The notes: generated from the sequence alone by a model not told the origin. 64,000 bases of DNA from Nitrosopumilus sp. (GCA_965206745.1 OZ242220.1:1088001-1152000), one strand, 5' to 3'; shown: positions 30,821 through 40,767, numbered from the stretch's first letter. Program-made: numbers and translations.

Positions 30821-31213
30821 TTAGAAGGTTTTCATTGGGGAATTTTTGAGTGGTTCAAGGATTTTGAGGACCTTGAAAGGCAATTTTCCAAAGTCAATGT
30901 CTTTTTCACAAGATAGCAGTAGCACATCGTCATCGTTTAAAGGGAAACTCATCACAATGACTTTGTCCCTGTAAGACATTGAAAAGTGAACCTCTCCAAA
31001 TTCGCCATCAAATTCATGCCTCATCCTAACGCGCAATGCAAGTTCCATGAACATCATTTCGTCTTGCTTTTGAGCTTCAAGGGAAAGCAGGCCTTCTTTC
31101 ATGCCGCCTGCAGTAAGATGGCCTCTGCTGTTGATGAGCCTAGCTGAGCGCATCTTGGGGTCTAGTTTGATGATATTCTGGCATATTTCTTCCAGATCAT
31201 CAGGATTATCCAT
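30821..31213 (-). CDS. Thaumarchaeal roadblock-like protein (DUF6659-like)
   Basis: GHLTAGGMKEG...EFDGEFGEVHFSMSYRDKVIVMSFP; paralogous to 37761..38141. Confidence 0.75.
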   Translation of the reverse strand: MDNPDDLEEICQNIIKLDPKMRSARLINSRGHLTAGGMKEGLLSLEAQKQDEMMFMELALRVRMRHEFDGEFGEVHFSMSYRDKVIVMSFPLNDDDVLLLSCEKDIDFGKLPFKVLKILEPLKNSPMKTF

Positions 31214-31267
31214 GAGTAATGATGTAACAATAGAACTATTTATTGCGATCTGTGATAATAGGTATCT

Positions 31268-31843
31268 GTGCAAGAGGATCCGTCAAAAAACATCACAGAT
31301 TACTACAAGCATCTGTCATTGTTTTGGACAGATATAATACATCTGATGTCAAGCAAGCCACAGGCACTAGCATCCACAGGACCGATGAGAGCATTTGCAG
31401 CTAATTCAAAGAAAGTGGCCACAGAGCTAATTGAAATTAATGAGGATTTGATGGGATTCAATCAGCATCTGACAGAGTATTACAAACAGTTAGCAGAGGC
31501 ATGGGGTGTCGCTCAAAAAAAAGTGAACCTAAAGGCTCCCAAAGTACCACAAGACGTAGAGCAGATTGAGGCCTTCAAAAGGATATGGATTGATATTTTT
31601 GACAATGATTTTACAGAGTTGTTTGACTCAAAGAAATTTGGAGAAAACTATGGAAAGCTTGTTTCAAAGGAGCTTGAATTGACCAAACATTGGAACAACA
31701 TTACAAACGTAATTTTGCAATCAGTCAACCTCCCAAGCAAGGAAGAGATTGACGAGGTATACAAAGAACTCCACTCATTAAAGAAAAGAGTCGGCAAATT
31801 GGAATTAGAGCTCAAGAAGACAAAGAGGTCAAAAAATGAATAG
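31268..31843 (+). CDS. phaE: Class III PHA synthase subunit PhaE
   Basis: NLPSKEEIDEVYKELHSLKKRV PhaE-box-like C-terminus; overlaps the phaC start. Confidence 0.88.
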   Translation: MQEDPSKNITDYYKHLSLFWTDIIHLMSSKPQALASTGPMRAFAANSKKVATELIEINEDLMGFNQHLTEYYKQLAEAWGVAQKKVNLKAPKVPQDVEQIEAFKRIWIDIFDNDFTELFDSKKFGENYGKLVSKELELTKHWNNITNVILQSVNLPSKEEIDEVYKELHSLKKRVGKLELELKKTKRSKNE

Positions 31844-32900
31844 TGAATCACACATAGATCCGAAAATCATCGAGGAAGTTTTGAAATTTAGCAAAAATGT
31901 CATAGATGCGCCAAAACTAGTGTCTGCCCCTGATGAAATCAATCTAGAGGTAACGCCGCATGATACAGTCCATAAATTGGACAAGACCAGACTGTTACAC
32001 TACAGGCCCCTCACAGAGAGACAGCACAAAACGCCTTTGCTAATTTCATATGCACTAATCAACAGATACCACATTTTGGATATTCAGCCAGAGAAGAGCT
32101 GGGTCAGGAATTTGCTTCAGCAAGGATTTGACGTATACATGCTAGATTGGGGAACGCCAACAAGCATGGACAAGTATCTTGACTTTGATGATTATGTGAA
32201 CGGATATTTGGATTCGGCAGTGGAGCATATCAAAAACGAGTCCTCTAATGAGAGGATCACACTGCAAGGATACTGCACGGGAGGAACAATTGCCACAGCG
32301 TATGCTGCTTTGCATCCAGAGAGCGTAAAAAACTACATTGCCACAGCTCCGGTAATTGACGGATGGCGAGATACCACAGTAATCAGCAATCTTGCAAAGC
32401 ACATGGACGTGGAGAAGATGGTCGACATCATAGGCAACATGCCACCAGAATTCATGTACTATTGCTTTTCGGTTCTCAAGCCATTTGAGCAGGGAATTGA
32501 AAAATATGTAAAGTTTTTCAAAAATATAGACAATAAGAAATTTGTTGATAATTTCCTCAGAGTTGAAAAATGGTTAGGAGACACACCGCCCATCCCAGGG
32601 GAACTATTCAAACAGTGGATTAAAGACATCTATCAAGACAACCTGTTAATTCAGAACAAAATGTATGTGGGTGGAGAACACATAGATTTGAAAAAGATAG
32701 ACATGCCAACATTTACCCAGATAGCTGTAGGAGATCATCTGGTTTCACCAGAGTGCAGCATGCCACTGCATTACGCAATAGGTAGTGAGGATAAAACATT
32801 GAGAATGTATCCGACAGGGCACGTGGGCATGATAGCTAGTTCGCTCTCACAGAAGAAGGTATTGCCTGAGCTAGGAAAATGGCTTGCTCAAAGATCATAA
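31836..32900 (+). CDS. phaC: Class III PHA synthase subunit PhaC
   Basis: PLLISYALINR, YMLDWG, catalytic box GYCTGG, DHLV Asp, GHVG His. Confidence 0.95.
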   Translation: MNSESHIDPKIIEEVLKFSKNVIDAPKLVSAPDEINLEVTPHDTVHKLDKTRLLHYRPLTERQHKTPLLISYALINRYHILDIQPEKSWVRNLLQQGFDVYMLDWGTPTSMDKYLDFDDYVNGYLDSAVEHIKNESSNERITLQGYCTGGTIATAYAALHPESVKNYIATAPVIDGWRDTTVISNLAKHMDVEKMVDIIGNMPPEFMYYCFSVLKPFEQGIEKYVKFFKNIDNKKFVDNFLRVEKWLGDTPPIPGELFKQWIKDIYQDNLLIQNKMYVGGEHIDLKKIDMPTFTQIAVGDHLVSPECSMPLHYAIGSEDKTLRMYPTGHVGMIASSLSQKKVLPELGKWLAQRS

Positions 32901-32927
32901 AAAAGGAAAAAATAAAAAAGGTTTCTG

Positions 32928-33356
32928 CTAGTTTGTTTTGTTGGCAAATGCGGAAATCCAGGATTGTAGAATATTTTTGTTCAGATCTGCAAATGACTTT
33001 GCATTATCGTTGAATGTTTTGATATTCTGTTGTGTTGCATCTATTGTTGCAAGGGTCACCTGATTTTGTATAGAAGTTGCCTTTACAAATTCTTCAGTAG
33101 TATCATTGATCACTTTTAGTGTCGCTTTAGGAACATTTGCTGCAATACCAGATTTGACCACATATTCTTTTTGTAATGTGATAGTTGAATCTACCATGTT
33201 TTCATATGCTTGCAGATATTCTTGTTGTACATTAGTGATTGACTGATGGTACTGCGGTACTGATTGTTTAATACCGTTGAATATTTTGTCGACATTTTCC
33301 TGATATACAGAAAATACGTCTTTAGAATTTGTTTGTGTTGTCTCGTTTTCACTCAT
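32928..33356 (-). CDS. Phasin-like granule protein (putative)
   Basis: All-helical Gln/Asn/Thr-rich amphipathic 142 aa protein next to phaC and coupled to the AbrB gene. Confidence 0.6.
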   Translation of the reverse strand: MSENETTQTNSKDVFSVYQENVDKIFNGIKQSVPQYHQSITNVQQEYLQAYENMVDSTITLQKEYVVKSGIAANVPKATLKVINDTTEEFVKATSIQNQVTLATIDATQQNIKTFNDNAKSFADLNKNILQSWISAFANKTN

Positions 33357-33778
33357 TGTTTCACCTCCTTATTTTTTGATTTTTTTGCTATTGGCAGGAT
33401 AATGACTTGGACTAAATCACCGTCTCCCAAACCAAGTGCATTGCGTTCAGCCTCAGGAATGGATATTCGCCCATTGCTACTAATGGTAGTTTTGTAAGCA
33501 CCCCAATTCATAAATGATGGAAGCATTTGACCGATGCTAAACATAGTATCCATACTTTTGTTTTGTACAGTAGACATGTTATCCATCATGTTTGATTGGG
33601 TTTGTCTGACGCTTTGAGAAACCCCTTTGAGGGTCTCCAAAGGATTGAATGCCTGGCCATGTTGATTTGTCATCAGAGTGCCAAAATTCTTCATAAATTC
33701 TGCCTGAGCACGTCCGCTTTTTTGAATCCAAGATTTGAACATCTCAGAAGGATCATAAGGGTTTTGATTACCACTCAT
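33353..33778 (-). CDS. AbrB-domain regulator (haloarchaeal PhaR-like)
   Basis: C-terminal AbrB motif TTISSNGRISIPEAERNALGLGDGDLVQV; helical N-terminus. Confidence 0.75.
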   Translation of the reverse strand: MSGNQNPYDPSEMFKSWIQKSGRAQAEFMKNFGTLMTNQHGQAFNPLETLKGVSQSVRQTQSNMMDNMSTVQNKSMDTMFSIGQMLPSFMNWGAYKTTISSNGRISIPEAERNALGLGDGDLVQVIILPIAKKSKNKEVKQ

Positions 33779-33813
33779 AGGTAATGGTTGGAATATGAGA
33801 TATATAAATAGAT

Positions 33814-34629
33814 CTAAGCATGATTTAGGAATTCGAGCACTTTGGAAGCAAAGGTGTGAGGATCTTCAACGTACGGAGTGTGACCGCATCCATCCATTCT
33901 AAAGAACCTGCAGTCTTGAATGCCTGAGACAAAGTCATCTGCATAATGAATTGGGATTACAGGATCATTTGCACCCCATACAATCAAAGTAGGTGCAGAT
34001 ATTGACTGAAGTTGAGATAAAATGGATTTAGAATTTTTTAGTCCCAAAATAGTAGACATGAAGGCAAGTTTTGCATTTGGCAATCGCATACGCTCTACAA
34101 ATCCGGTAATAATTTTGTCTTCAACGTTTCTGGGTGAACCTCCCATCATTTCAAATGCATTTTTTGCAATTGTATAATTTGGATATAATGCCGCCATAAT
34201 ATATGCATCAAGTGCGGGAGTAGATTTTTTCATCAGCCCAGAAGGAGATATCAAAATCAGTTTCTCAACATCCTTAGAGTGGGATGAGGCGTATTCTAAA
34301 GAGATCTGTCCGCCCAAGGAAGAACCAATGATGCTAGGTCGGATAATTTTAGATTCAGAAAAGAATTTTTCAAGAAAATCTGAAAAGAAATCAAGAGTGT
34401 AATCTGCAGTAGGCTTGTCACTGTATCCGAATCCGATCAGATCTGGAACAACTACACGAAAGTTATCAGTAAACAAAGGAATTACATGGGACCATCTTTC
34501 AGCAGATGCCCCTAGTCCATGGACTAGTACAAGAGTATTTTCAGAGTTACCAGATTCCAGATATCGGATTTTGTTTCCATCAATTTGGAGGAATTTTTCT
34601 TCCACTATTTTAGCAACAATTATCATCAC
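33814..34629 (-). CDS. Alpha/beta hydrolase
   Basis: VHGLG, PDLIGFGYS, GSSLGG, WGANDPVI, GHTPY (Ser-Asp-His triad). Confidence 0.9.
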   Translation of the reverse strand: MMIIVAKIVEEKFLQIDGNKIRYLESGNSENTLVLVHGLGASAERWSHVIPLFTDNFRVVVPDLIGFGYSDKPTADYTLDFFSDFLEKFFSESKIIRPSIIGSSLGGQISLEYASSHSKDVEKLILISPSGLMKKSTPALDAYIMAALYPNYTIAKNAFEMMGGSPRNVEDKIITGFVERMRLPNAKLAFMSTILGLKNSKSILSQLQSISAPTLIVWGANDPVIPIHYADDFVSGIQDCRFFRMDGCGHTPYVEDPHTFASKVLEFLNHA

Positions 34630-34825
34630 TAGATAAATTTAATGGATAAGGCGATCAAGTGGCCATGGAATTAATTTTGATTTTTTAATAGATGAAAATA
34701 AAAAATACATGCATATTTTCAGTTGATAGCGATCTATGAATTAATAAAATAAAACGTGGAATAGTATCAAATGGATTGTGAATTTTTGAAAATAATTTCT
34801 CATGAGTGTCAGTATCGATTTAGGA

Positions 34826-35023
34826 TTAGGCAGGATTAGAGATTCGTCCCATGGATAGAATCATGCCGCTTTCATCATCGGAGATGACAAACAAGAATGG
34901 GTGATCGGCGATAAACATAGGTCGAGGAAATACAGGGGAACTTGGTGAAGATACAGAAATAGTGGTAGTAGTGGCCGCCGCCTCTGTTTCCCCTTCGTTT
35001 ACCTTGATTTCAGTTCTGTACAA
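34826..35023 (-). pseudogene. Serpin C-terminal remnant
   Basis: VNEGETEAAATT hinge and FIADHPFLFVI...SGMILSMGRISNP signature; only about 65 aa of a ~380-aa fold. Confidence 0.85.
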
Positions 35024-35421
35024 CGATCCAATCTGATATCAGGTGAAGTAAAACAGACAAATGGCATTACACCTAGTGTATATGAAAAATTAGATTTTTA
35101 CAGTCATTTTTGCAAGGCCGTCGAAACTTTTGTGACTACAATCAGATTTAATAGCAATTTACAATGATATCGATAAAGAAGACAAGCACCAAATGCTTTT
35201 TTATTTTTTGTGCCATATTGAGTTATTTTGTAGGGGATTATCTGTCTCTGATTGCCTGCGTTTTTGCACGATGGTAATCTTGAAGAGCCATGTGTTTGGC
35301 CATCAAATTGTATTTATTTTGAGCAAAAAAGTCTCAAGGGGCTAGAATGTAGTGTGCTGTTACAATGTTATCTAAAACCTTAACCTACAATGTTTTTTAG
35401 TATCAAAAATAACTCATTTAT

Positions 35422-35853
35422 GTGATAAAGAGAAAAATTTCAAAGATACTGGTCCCACTGGACGGATCTAAAAACTCTGTCAGGGGATTAGAGACGGCAA
35501 TCACCTTAGCTAGAGGCTGCGGGGCAACAATCACAGGAATTTACTCCATTTACGCACCGCCACACTCAGAATTTAGAGGAGTAGGCTCTGTCGAAAAAGC
35601 CCTAAACAAACAAGTGAAAAAATTCATGGAGGAGGCAAAGGTTTTGGCAGCCAAAAACGGCATCGTGTTTAAGGAAAAAATCGCAAGGGGGGAAATAGGA
35701 TACAACATCGTCAAACTTGCTCATGAAAAGGGCAAGTTCGATATAATCGTGATGGGATCAAGAGGCAGAAGCTCTACCAAAGAGATGTTTTTTGGAAGTG
35801 TCTCAAACTATGTCATTCACACATCAAAAATACCAGTCGTGATTGTAAAGTAA
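35422..35853 (+). CDS. Universal stress protein
   Basis: KILVPLDGS, IVMGSRG...FFGSVSNYV. Confidence 0.92.
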   Translation: MIKRKISKILVPLDGSKNSVRGLETAITLARGCGATITGIYSIYAPPHSEFRGVGSVEKALNKQVKKFMEEAKVLAAKNGIVFKEKIARGEIGYNIVKLAHEKGKFDIIVMGSRGRSSTKEMFFGSVSNYVIHTSKIPVVIVK

Positions 35854-35854
35854 C

Positions 35855-36310
35855 CTAAGAAAATCCGTGCTTTTTGAAATATTTTTGGTGGTACTCTTCT
35901 GCCTTGTAAAACGTTGAAGCAGGAACAATTTCAGTAACGACGGGACCGTCATATTTTCCTGATTCTTCTAATACTTGTTTTGATCTCTCTGCAATCTCTT
36001 TTTGCTGTTGATCATGGTAAAAGATCGCCGAACGGTATTGGATTCCAACATCAGGACCTTGGCGATTCAGGGTTGTAGGGTTGTGGTTTGCCCAAAACAC
36101 ATCAAGCAATTCTTCAAAAGAAATTTCGTCAGGATCATATTCTACTTCCACAGATTCTGCATGACCGGTTTTATCAGTGCAGACTTGTTCATATGTAGGA
36201 TTTGGGAGTTGGCCACCAATGTATCCCACAGCAGTGGATTTTACGCCTTTTGTTTTATTTAGTAAATCCTCAACGTGCCAAAAACATCCTGCACCAAACG
36301 TAGCTTTCAA
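35855..36310 (-). CDS. msrA: Peptide methionine sulfoxide reductase A
   Basis: [31 protein letters not shown]. Confidence 0.95.
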   Translation of the reverse strand: MKATFGAGCFWHVEDLLNKTKGVKSTAVGYIGGQLPNPTYEQVCTDKTGHAESVEVEYDPDEISFEELLDVFWANHNPTTLNRQGPDVGIQYRSAIFYHDQQQKEIAERSKQVLEESGKYDGPVVTEIVPASTFYKAEEYHQKYFKKHGFS

Positions 36311-36362
36311 TATGACTTTTGGTTATCAGTGCCAAATTAAAACCATTTGCCAAAATTAAAAA

Positions 36363-37442
36363 TTAGCCAACTACTACAATGCCTTTCTGGATCAGATATT
36401 TCAAAGAATCAACAAATTCATCTTGGGAGATTAAATCTTGAGACCACCAATGAGCACTGTTACGAACCCAGTCAGGAATATCTTCATCAGAGACACTCTC
36501 AGGCAAGGGTGTCGAGATCACAATTATGTTATTTTTCAACATAAACTCAATGTCAGAAATAAATTTGGAATTTGGTATTTTTCCTGTTGCCCAAAGTTCA
36601 GCATTATTACGAATTGAATCAGGTATGGGGATTGGATCTGCATAGCCTAAAACATTGTAAATAGAAGAGTTTGGGAATTCAGAGTCAAACCAGGACTTGT
36701 AATTTGGTTCAGTGTCATATCTGTCAATATAGTACTGTGGAGGTTTATCAAAAGCAGGAAAGTTATCAATATGGGTTGATTTGTAACCGACAACATCATC
36801 AATGGAGTAATTGGGAAATTGTGAGTCAAACCAGGACTTGTAATTTGGTTCAGTGTCATATCTGTCAATATAGTACTGTGGAGGTTTATCAAAAGCAGGG
36901 AAATTTGGAATTTCTAATTTCAGAGTTGCAAAGCTTGCAATGGGCTCTGGCTCAGGTCGAGGGGTTGGTTGTGGGGAAGATGGTGGTGGGGATTTCGGTA
37001 TTGGTTGTGGGGAAGATGGCGGGATAGATTTGGGGGTTGGTTGCGGTGATTTCGGTGTTGGTTGTGGGGAAGACGGAATTGTTGAAGATTCGACGTATTC
37101 AATCGTCGTTTCTCTGGTAGTGCTTTCAGAGGTAACTTTGACAGGATAGAATCCATAAGAAGCCCAATAAGGACCGCCTGTACGAATTGTAACTGAAAAA
37201 CTGCCATCAGAATTTGAGATAGTCGGAGCAGCGGTAACAAGGCTACTGCGATCAGGAGTAATAACAGTCACAGTGACAGGAACAGAAGACGATTCTGAAG
37301 AGATAGTTCCAGAAACACGTATCGTGTCGCCATCATAATAGACAGATTTGTCAGTCTTGACGCTATCTACAGTTCCAAAGGCATATGAAAAACTCAGTGA
37401 GACAAATAAGAGCATAAAGATGGTCGCTAATCTGAGAGTCAT
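36363..37442 (-). CDS. Secreted surface protein with Pro-rich linker, duplicated 47-aa module and C-terminal IPxW repeats
   Basis: Signal peptide, Ig-like N-domain (TDKSVYYDGDTIRVSG), SPQPTPK repeats, two FPAFDKPPQYYIDRY modules. Confidence 0.85.
   Translation of the reverse strand: MTLRLATIFMLLFVSLSFSYAFGTVDSVKTDKSVYYDGDTIRVSGTISSESSSVPVTVTVITPDRSSLVTAAPTISNSDGSFSVTIRTGGPYWASYGFYPVKVTSESTTRETTIEYVESSTIPSSPQPTPKSPQPTPKSIPPSSPQPIPKSPPPSSPQPTPRPEPEPIASFATLKLEIPNFPAFDKPPQYYIDRYDTEPNYKSWFDSQFPNYSIDDVVGYKSTHIDNFPAFDKPPQYYIDRYDTEPNYKSWFDSEFPNSSIYNVLGYADPIPIPDSIRNNAELWATGKIPNSKFISDIEFMLKNNIIVISTPLPESVSDEDIPDWVRNSAHWWSQDLISQDEFVDSLKYLIQKGIVVVG
36682..36899. repeat. 77-bp perfect direct repeat (36682-36758 and 36823-36899), offset 141 bp
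   Basis: Base-by-base comparison. Confidence 0.9.
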
Positions 37443-37760
37443 TTACAAAAAATAATTTATAGTGTTAATTAAAGAATTCGCTGAATTACTCAGTAAGCCT
37501 AGAAATCATTCAAGATTACACGCATCAGTAGAGCACATTAGACCTTCCAGATCAACAAATGGTCTGTAATTGGGCCATTTGACAAACAAAAAATACAGAT
37601 GCATGATTTGCCATCCATTCTAAAGAGAATAAACACATTGTCTTGACATCTAGAATCAAAGTAGGGAATTATCGTATTGTGTGCCTGCTTGCAACTGCAG
37701 AATGTATTTGATCTCTTTGGTTTTACCGATGGCTTTCAGGGAGTCATTGTTTAATCGAGT

Positions 37761-38141
37761 TTAATTAACATCAGTGAAGATCTCTACAACTTTTTTTGCC
37801 AAGTTCTCAATGTTGGCAGAAGGCTCTGCAGAGATCAACAGTAGGATCTGGGTAATCGGGAATGGAAAACTCACTAAAACCGCCTTGTCTCGCCTAGCAG
37901 CAAGATAGTTTATCGGTCCCAAGCTTTCATCATACTCTTTTCGAATGGATGCTTTTGAAACAAATTCCAAAAATGCCTGCAACCGGGTCTCATCGCCCTC
38001 ATGCGGAGCAAGGCCATCCTTGAATCCACCTGCAATCAACTTGCCGTCTTTATCCACAATACCGGCAAAACGAATTTCAGACTCTTCCAATAATTGAGTG
38101 CATTTTTGAGCATGTAGGTTTGAATCAAAATCAGGCATCAT
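37761..38141 (-). CDS. Thaumarchaeal roadblock-like protein (DUF6659-like)
   Basis: IRFAGIVDKDGKLIAGGFK...EYDESLGPINYLAARRDKAVLVSFP. Confidence 0.78.
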   Translation of the reverse strand: MMPDFDSNLHAQKCTQLLEESEIRFAGIVDKDGKLIAGGFKDGLAPHEGDETRLQAFLEFVSKASIRKEYDESLGPINYLAARRDKAVLVSFPFPITQILLLISAEPSANIENLAKKVVEIFTDVN

Positions 38142-38196
38142 TTCTTGAATAGGATATCAAAAATAAAAACCTAGCCTAGAATTTTACAATATTTGG

Positions 38197-39042
38197 CTAC
38201 AAATGGCATTTTAGCAACACATAATCAATTATGTTATCTTGTGATGCTTTTTTCATTCTTTGAATAGATCTAAATAAGATTTTTTCAACATATGGAGAAT
38301 ATTGTTTCAGGATTGATTTTTTCAGTTCTTCCCTGTTTTCAAGATAATAATCGGCAAGAGGATCATACACAGAAGAGCCGATTAGTTTTTCTTCAGAAAT
38401 TCTAAAGCCTCCAGAAACAACTGCCTGTTTTATTTGGTTCAAGCTATAATGCTCAGAGGCCCAGGTGAATTTTAAAATACCCAGTTTTAAAATGGATGAA
38501 GAGGTGGTGGTGACAGGAACTGCCAGAACCAATAACCCAGAATCAGACAAGATTCTTTTTGATTCGGATATAAAATTAGAGAAAGGCTTGAAATGCTGGG
38601 AAGACTCTAATGCCAAAACACGATCCACAGACTGATTGGCAAAAGGCAACTTTGTAGATGAGGAATTAAAAAAATCTATTTTTTGCTGAGAGCCAGAGTA
38701 AAGGAGCTGGTTGTAATTGATATTGATGCAGAATATGGATAAATTTTCGAAATTCTTTCTCCAAAATAACGCAGGAGCAGACAGCCCACTGCCCACATCC
38801 ACTACGGTTTTACATGAATTCAGTTCGGCCATTTGCGCAAAGGCAGAGCAAAGGTTCTCTTGAGCAGATATGGGATTTTTGTGTTGGGCATCCCAATATC
38901 CAAAGTTCAACATGCTGCCACCAGTTGCAAGTTGCATTACTGGCGATAAAGCATTATAGAGATTCACGACGTCTCGCTCATTTCTTCGAAGTGTCCACAA
39001 TAAGAGATCAAGGGGGTTAATAGAGATCAAAAAGATTTTCAA
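38197..39042 (-). CDS. Class I SAM-dependent methyltransferase
   Basis: LNFGYW, VVDVGSG motif I, LPFANQSVDRVLALES. Confidence 0.88.
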   Translation of the reverse strand: MKIFLISINPLDLLLWTLRRNERDVVNLYNALSPVMQLATGGSMLNFGYWDAQHKNPISAQENLCSAFAQMAELNSCKTVVDVGSGLSAPALFWRKNFENLSIFCININYNQLLYSGSQQKIDFFNSSSTKLPFANQSVDRVLALESSQHFKPFSNFISESKRILSDSGLLVLAVPVTTTSSSILKLGILKFTWASEHYSLNQIKQAVVSGGFRISEEKLIGSSVYDPLADYYLENREELKKSILKQYSPYVEKILFRSIQRMKKASQDNIIDYVLLKCHL

Positions 39043-39071
39043 TTTTATTGCCGATTAAAGGCTATTAATTC

Positions 39072-39203
39072 CTAAGGTAATCCTTCAGAATCTTCAGCAA
39101 TGCTTGTGCACCAATTGCTCAATCCCAGTTCCTTGAGATTTACTTGCCTGGCTGGATTTTGTCCCCCACAAGATGAACACGAGGCAGCAAATTTTGCTTT
39201 CAT
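39072..39203 (-). pseudogene. Disrupted small zinc-binding protein gene
   Basis: MKAKFAASCSSCGDKIQPGK* then frameshifted VHKHC and EDSEGLP*; CxxC...HxxC ligands split by a stop and frameshifts. Confidence 0.65.
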
Positions 39204-39271
39204 GCATGTGGATTATCACGTAGGAATAAATCATCTAGCATGTGTCAAGGGTTAACCAATAATCAAGGTGG

Positions 39272-39487
39272 GTATCATCTAGAAATGCATCACGACAAAT
39301 CAAGGAAACACATAATGTATACGTGTCAAATGTGACCATTGCCACAAGGATACGAAAATACACAAAGGAGATCAAGGAATACACCTACACTCGGATTCCC
39401 GAACTATCAGACACATGGTCCATAGATGAGAGGGTACTAAACGTAAAGGATGCCGAAAAGATGACAAATGGATTTCACGGCATGTGA
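39272..39487 (+). mobile_element. DDE transposase/integrase remnant (IS6-like)
   Basis: Manual translation SSRNASRQIKETHNVYVSNVTIATRIRKYTKEIKEY...PELSDTWSIDERVLNVK: HTH followed by the W-x-x-DE first catalytic motif; no start codon, truncated. Confidence 0.7.
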
Positions 39488-39569
39488 TTGATGACATTCT
39501 AAGGAGGCATGTATTCTCATCAGTGTCAATAATCAATACTTTTTAATAATTTAAAGCGATTAGAATGGT

Positions 39570-40049
39570 ATGTCAGAATCAAGCGTCAACGGATCATCAG
39601 AGATAGTACTTGCCAGATGGACGGACAGATTTGTGGCATGGTTGATAGATTTTATCATAATTTCATCCATCTTAACAGTAATTATTTTTGGGTCAACTGG
39701 AGCAATGTATTATGAATTGGAGGGTGAAGAGTTCTGGTCAGAGAGTCTGCAGTACATTCCTACAAGCATCACTTTCTTTGCGTATTGGATCATTTTAGAA
39801 TACAAAACAGGTCAAACAATTGGGAAAAAAATTCTCAATCTAAGAGTCGTCAACACAAATGGGAGCAAAGTGAGTTTGAAGGGAGTCCTAGTCAGCAGTT
39901 TTGGAAAATCATTCTTACTTCCCATAGACATCGTGCTAGGATGGATTTTGACAAATGCAAAACGCCAAAGAGTGTTCAGCAAGGTGGGGGACACGATAGT
40001 TATCAAAATTAAAGAACCCCAAGCAGATATTGACTATGTGAAAGACTAG
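39570..40049 (+). CDS. RDD family membrane protein
   Basis: RFVAWLID, GQTIGKKILNLRVV, RQRVF...DTIV. Confidence 0.9.
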   Translation: MSESSVNGSSEIVLARWTDRFVAWLIDFIIISSILTVIIFGSTGAMYYELEGEEFWSESLQYIPTSITFFAYWIILEYKTGQTIGKKILNLRVVNTNGSKVSLKGVLVSSFGKSFLLPIDIVLGWILTNAKRQRVFSKVGDTIVIKIKEPQADIDYVKD

Positions 40050-40223
40050 ATTTTTGTCATATTTTGTTAAACAGTTACGGTTAAAATTTCACCAACAGAT
40101 CTATTAGCCAGATCAGAGCCTTGGAAGACACATGTCAGAGGATAACAAACAATGGTGGGTTGGATTGCCTGATGAGCTTCAAAAAGACATAGAATTGGAA
40201 ATATCATAAAAAAGGATTACAGG

Positions 40224-40367
40224 TCATTTCAAACCCTTACGTAACACATCGTTAATGACACTAGAAAAGCTAGTCGAAACTTGAAGTGTGGATATTATTT
40301 TTGCTTGACGTAATCTGATTTTCTTATCCAATTCATCATCAAGCATGATGGTGACTCGTCTTGCCAT
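40224..40367 (-). CDS. 47-aa ribbon-helix-helix protein (not in ORF track)
   Basis: Manual translation MARRVTIMLDDELDKKIRLRQAKIISTLQVSTSFSSVINDVLRKGLK; alternating beta-strand then two helices. Confidence 0.8.
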   Translation of the reverse strand: MARRVTIMLDDELDKKIRLRQAKIISTLQVSTSFSSVINDVLRKGLK

Positions 40368-40767
40368 TGCTATTATAATATTACTGTATTATTTAACCAT
40401 TTTTGATCTTGATGCTATAATGCCACAGGTTGGAAGAAAATATTCAAAATGCAGACGAGACAGAATCTGTTTGCGATTCATGATCGGCAATAACTTTGAT
40501 CGCCTAAAACAAGTACTGTTTGATCCAGTCAAGCCAATCAGATGTAAAAAAGGTTAGAGATTCCAAATTTTGCACAAGTGTCATCTAGAGGCATCTTTGA
40601 GCTCTGCATATAGATCCAAATCTGCCATGTGAAAATTTACCCGTTTCAGTCGGTAATCAAGGACCATTTACCGCATGAGAAGGTTAGCAAGATATAAGAA
40701 AAAAAGCTTTATTGTACATTTTATTAAATCTAATTTTTTTAATCAGTACGCACAATACCCTAATCTA

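Noticed and set aside
36682-36899. Diversity-generating retroelement template/variable repeat pair
   Set aside because: Both copies are in-frame modules of one gene, the differences are not adenine-specific, and no reverse transcriptase is present.
40345-40557. 70-aa plus-strand ORF
   Set aside because: Overlaps the start and promoter of the more convincing minus-strand RHH gene.
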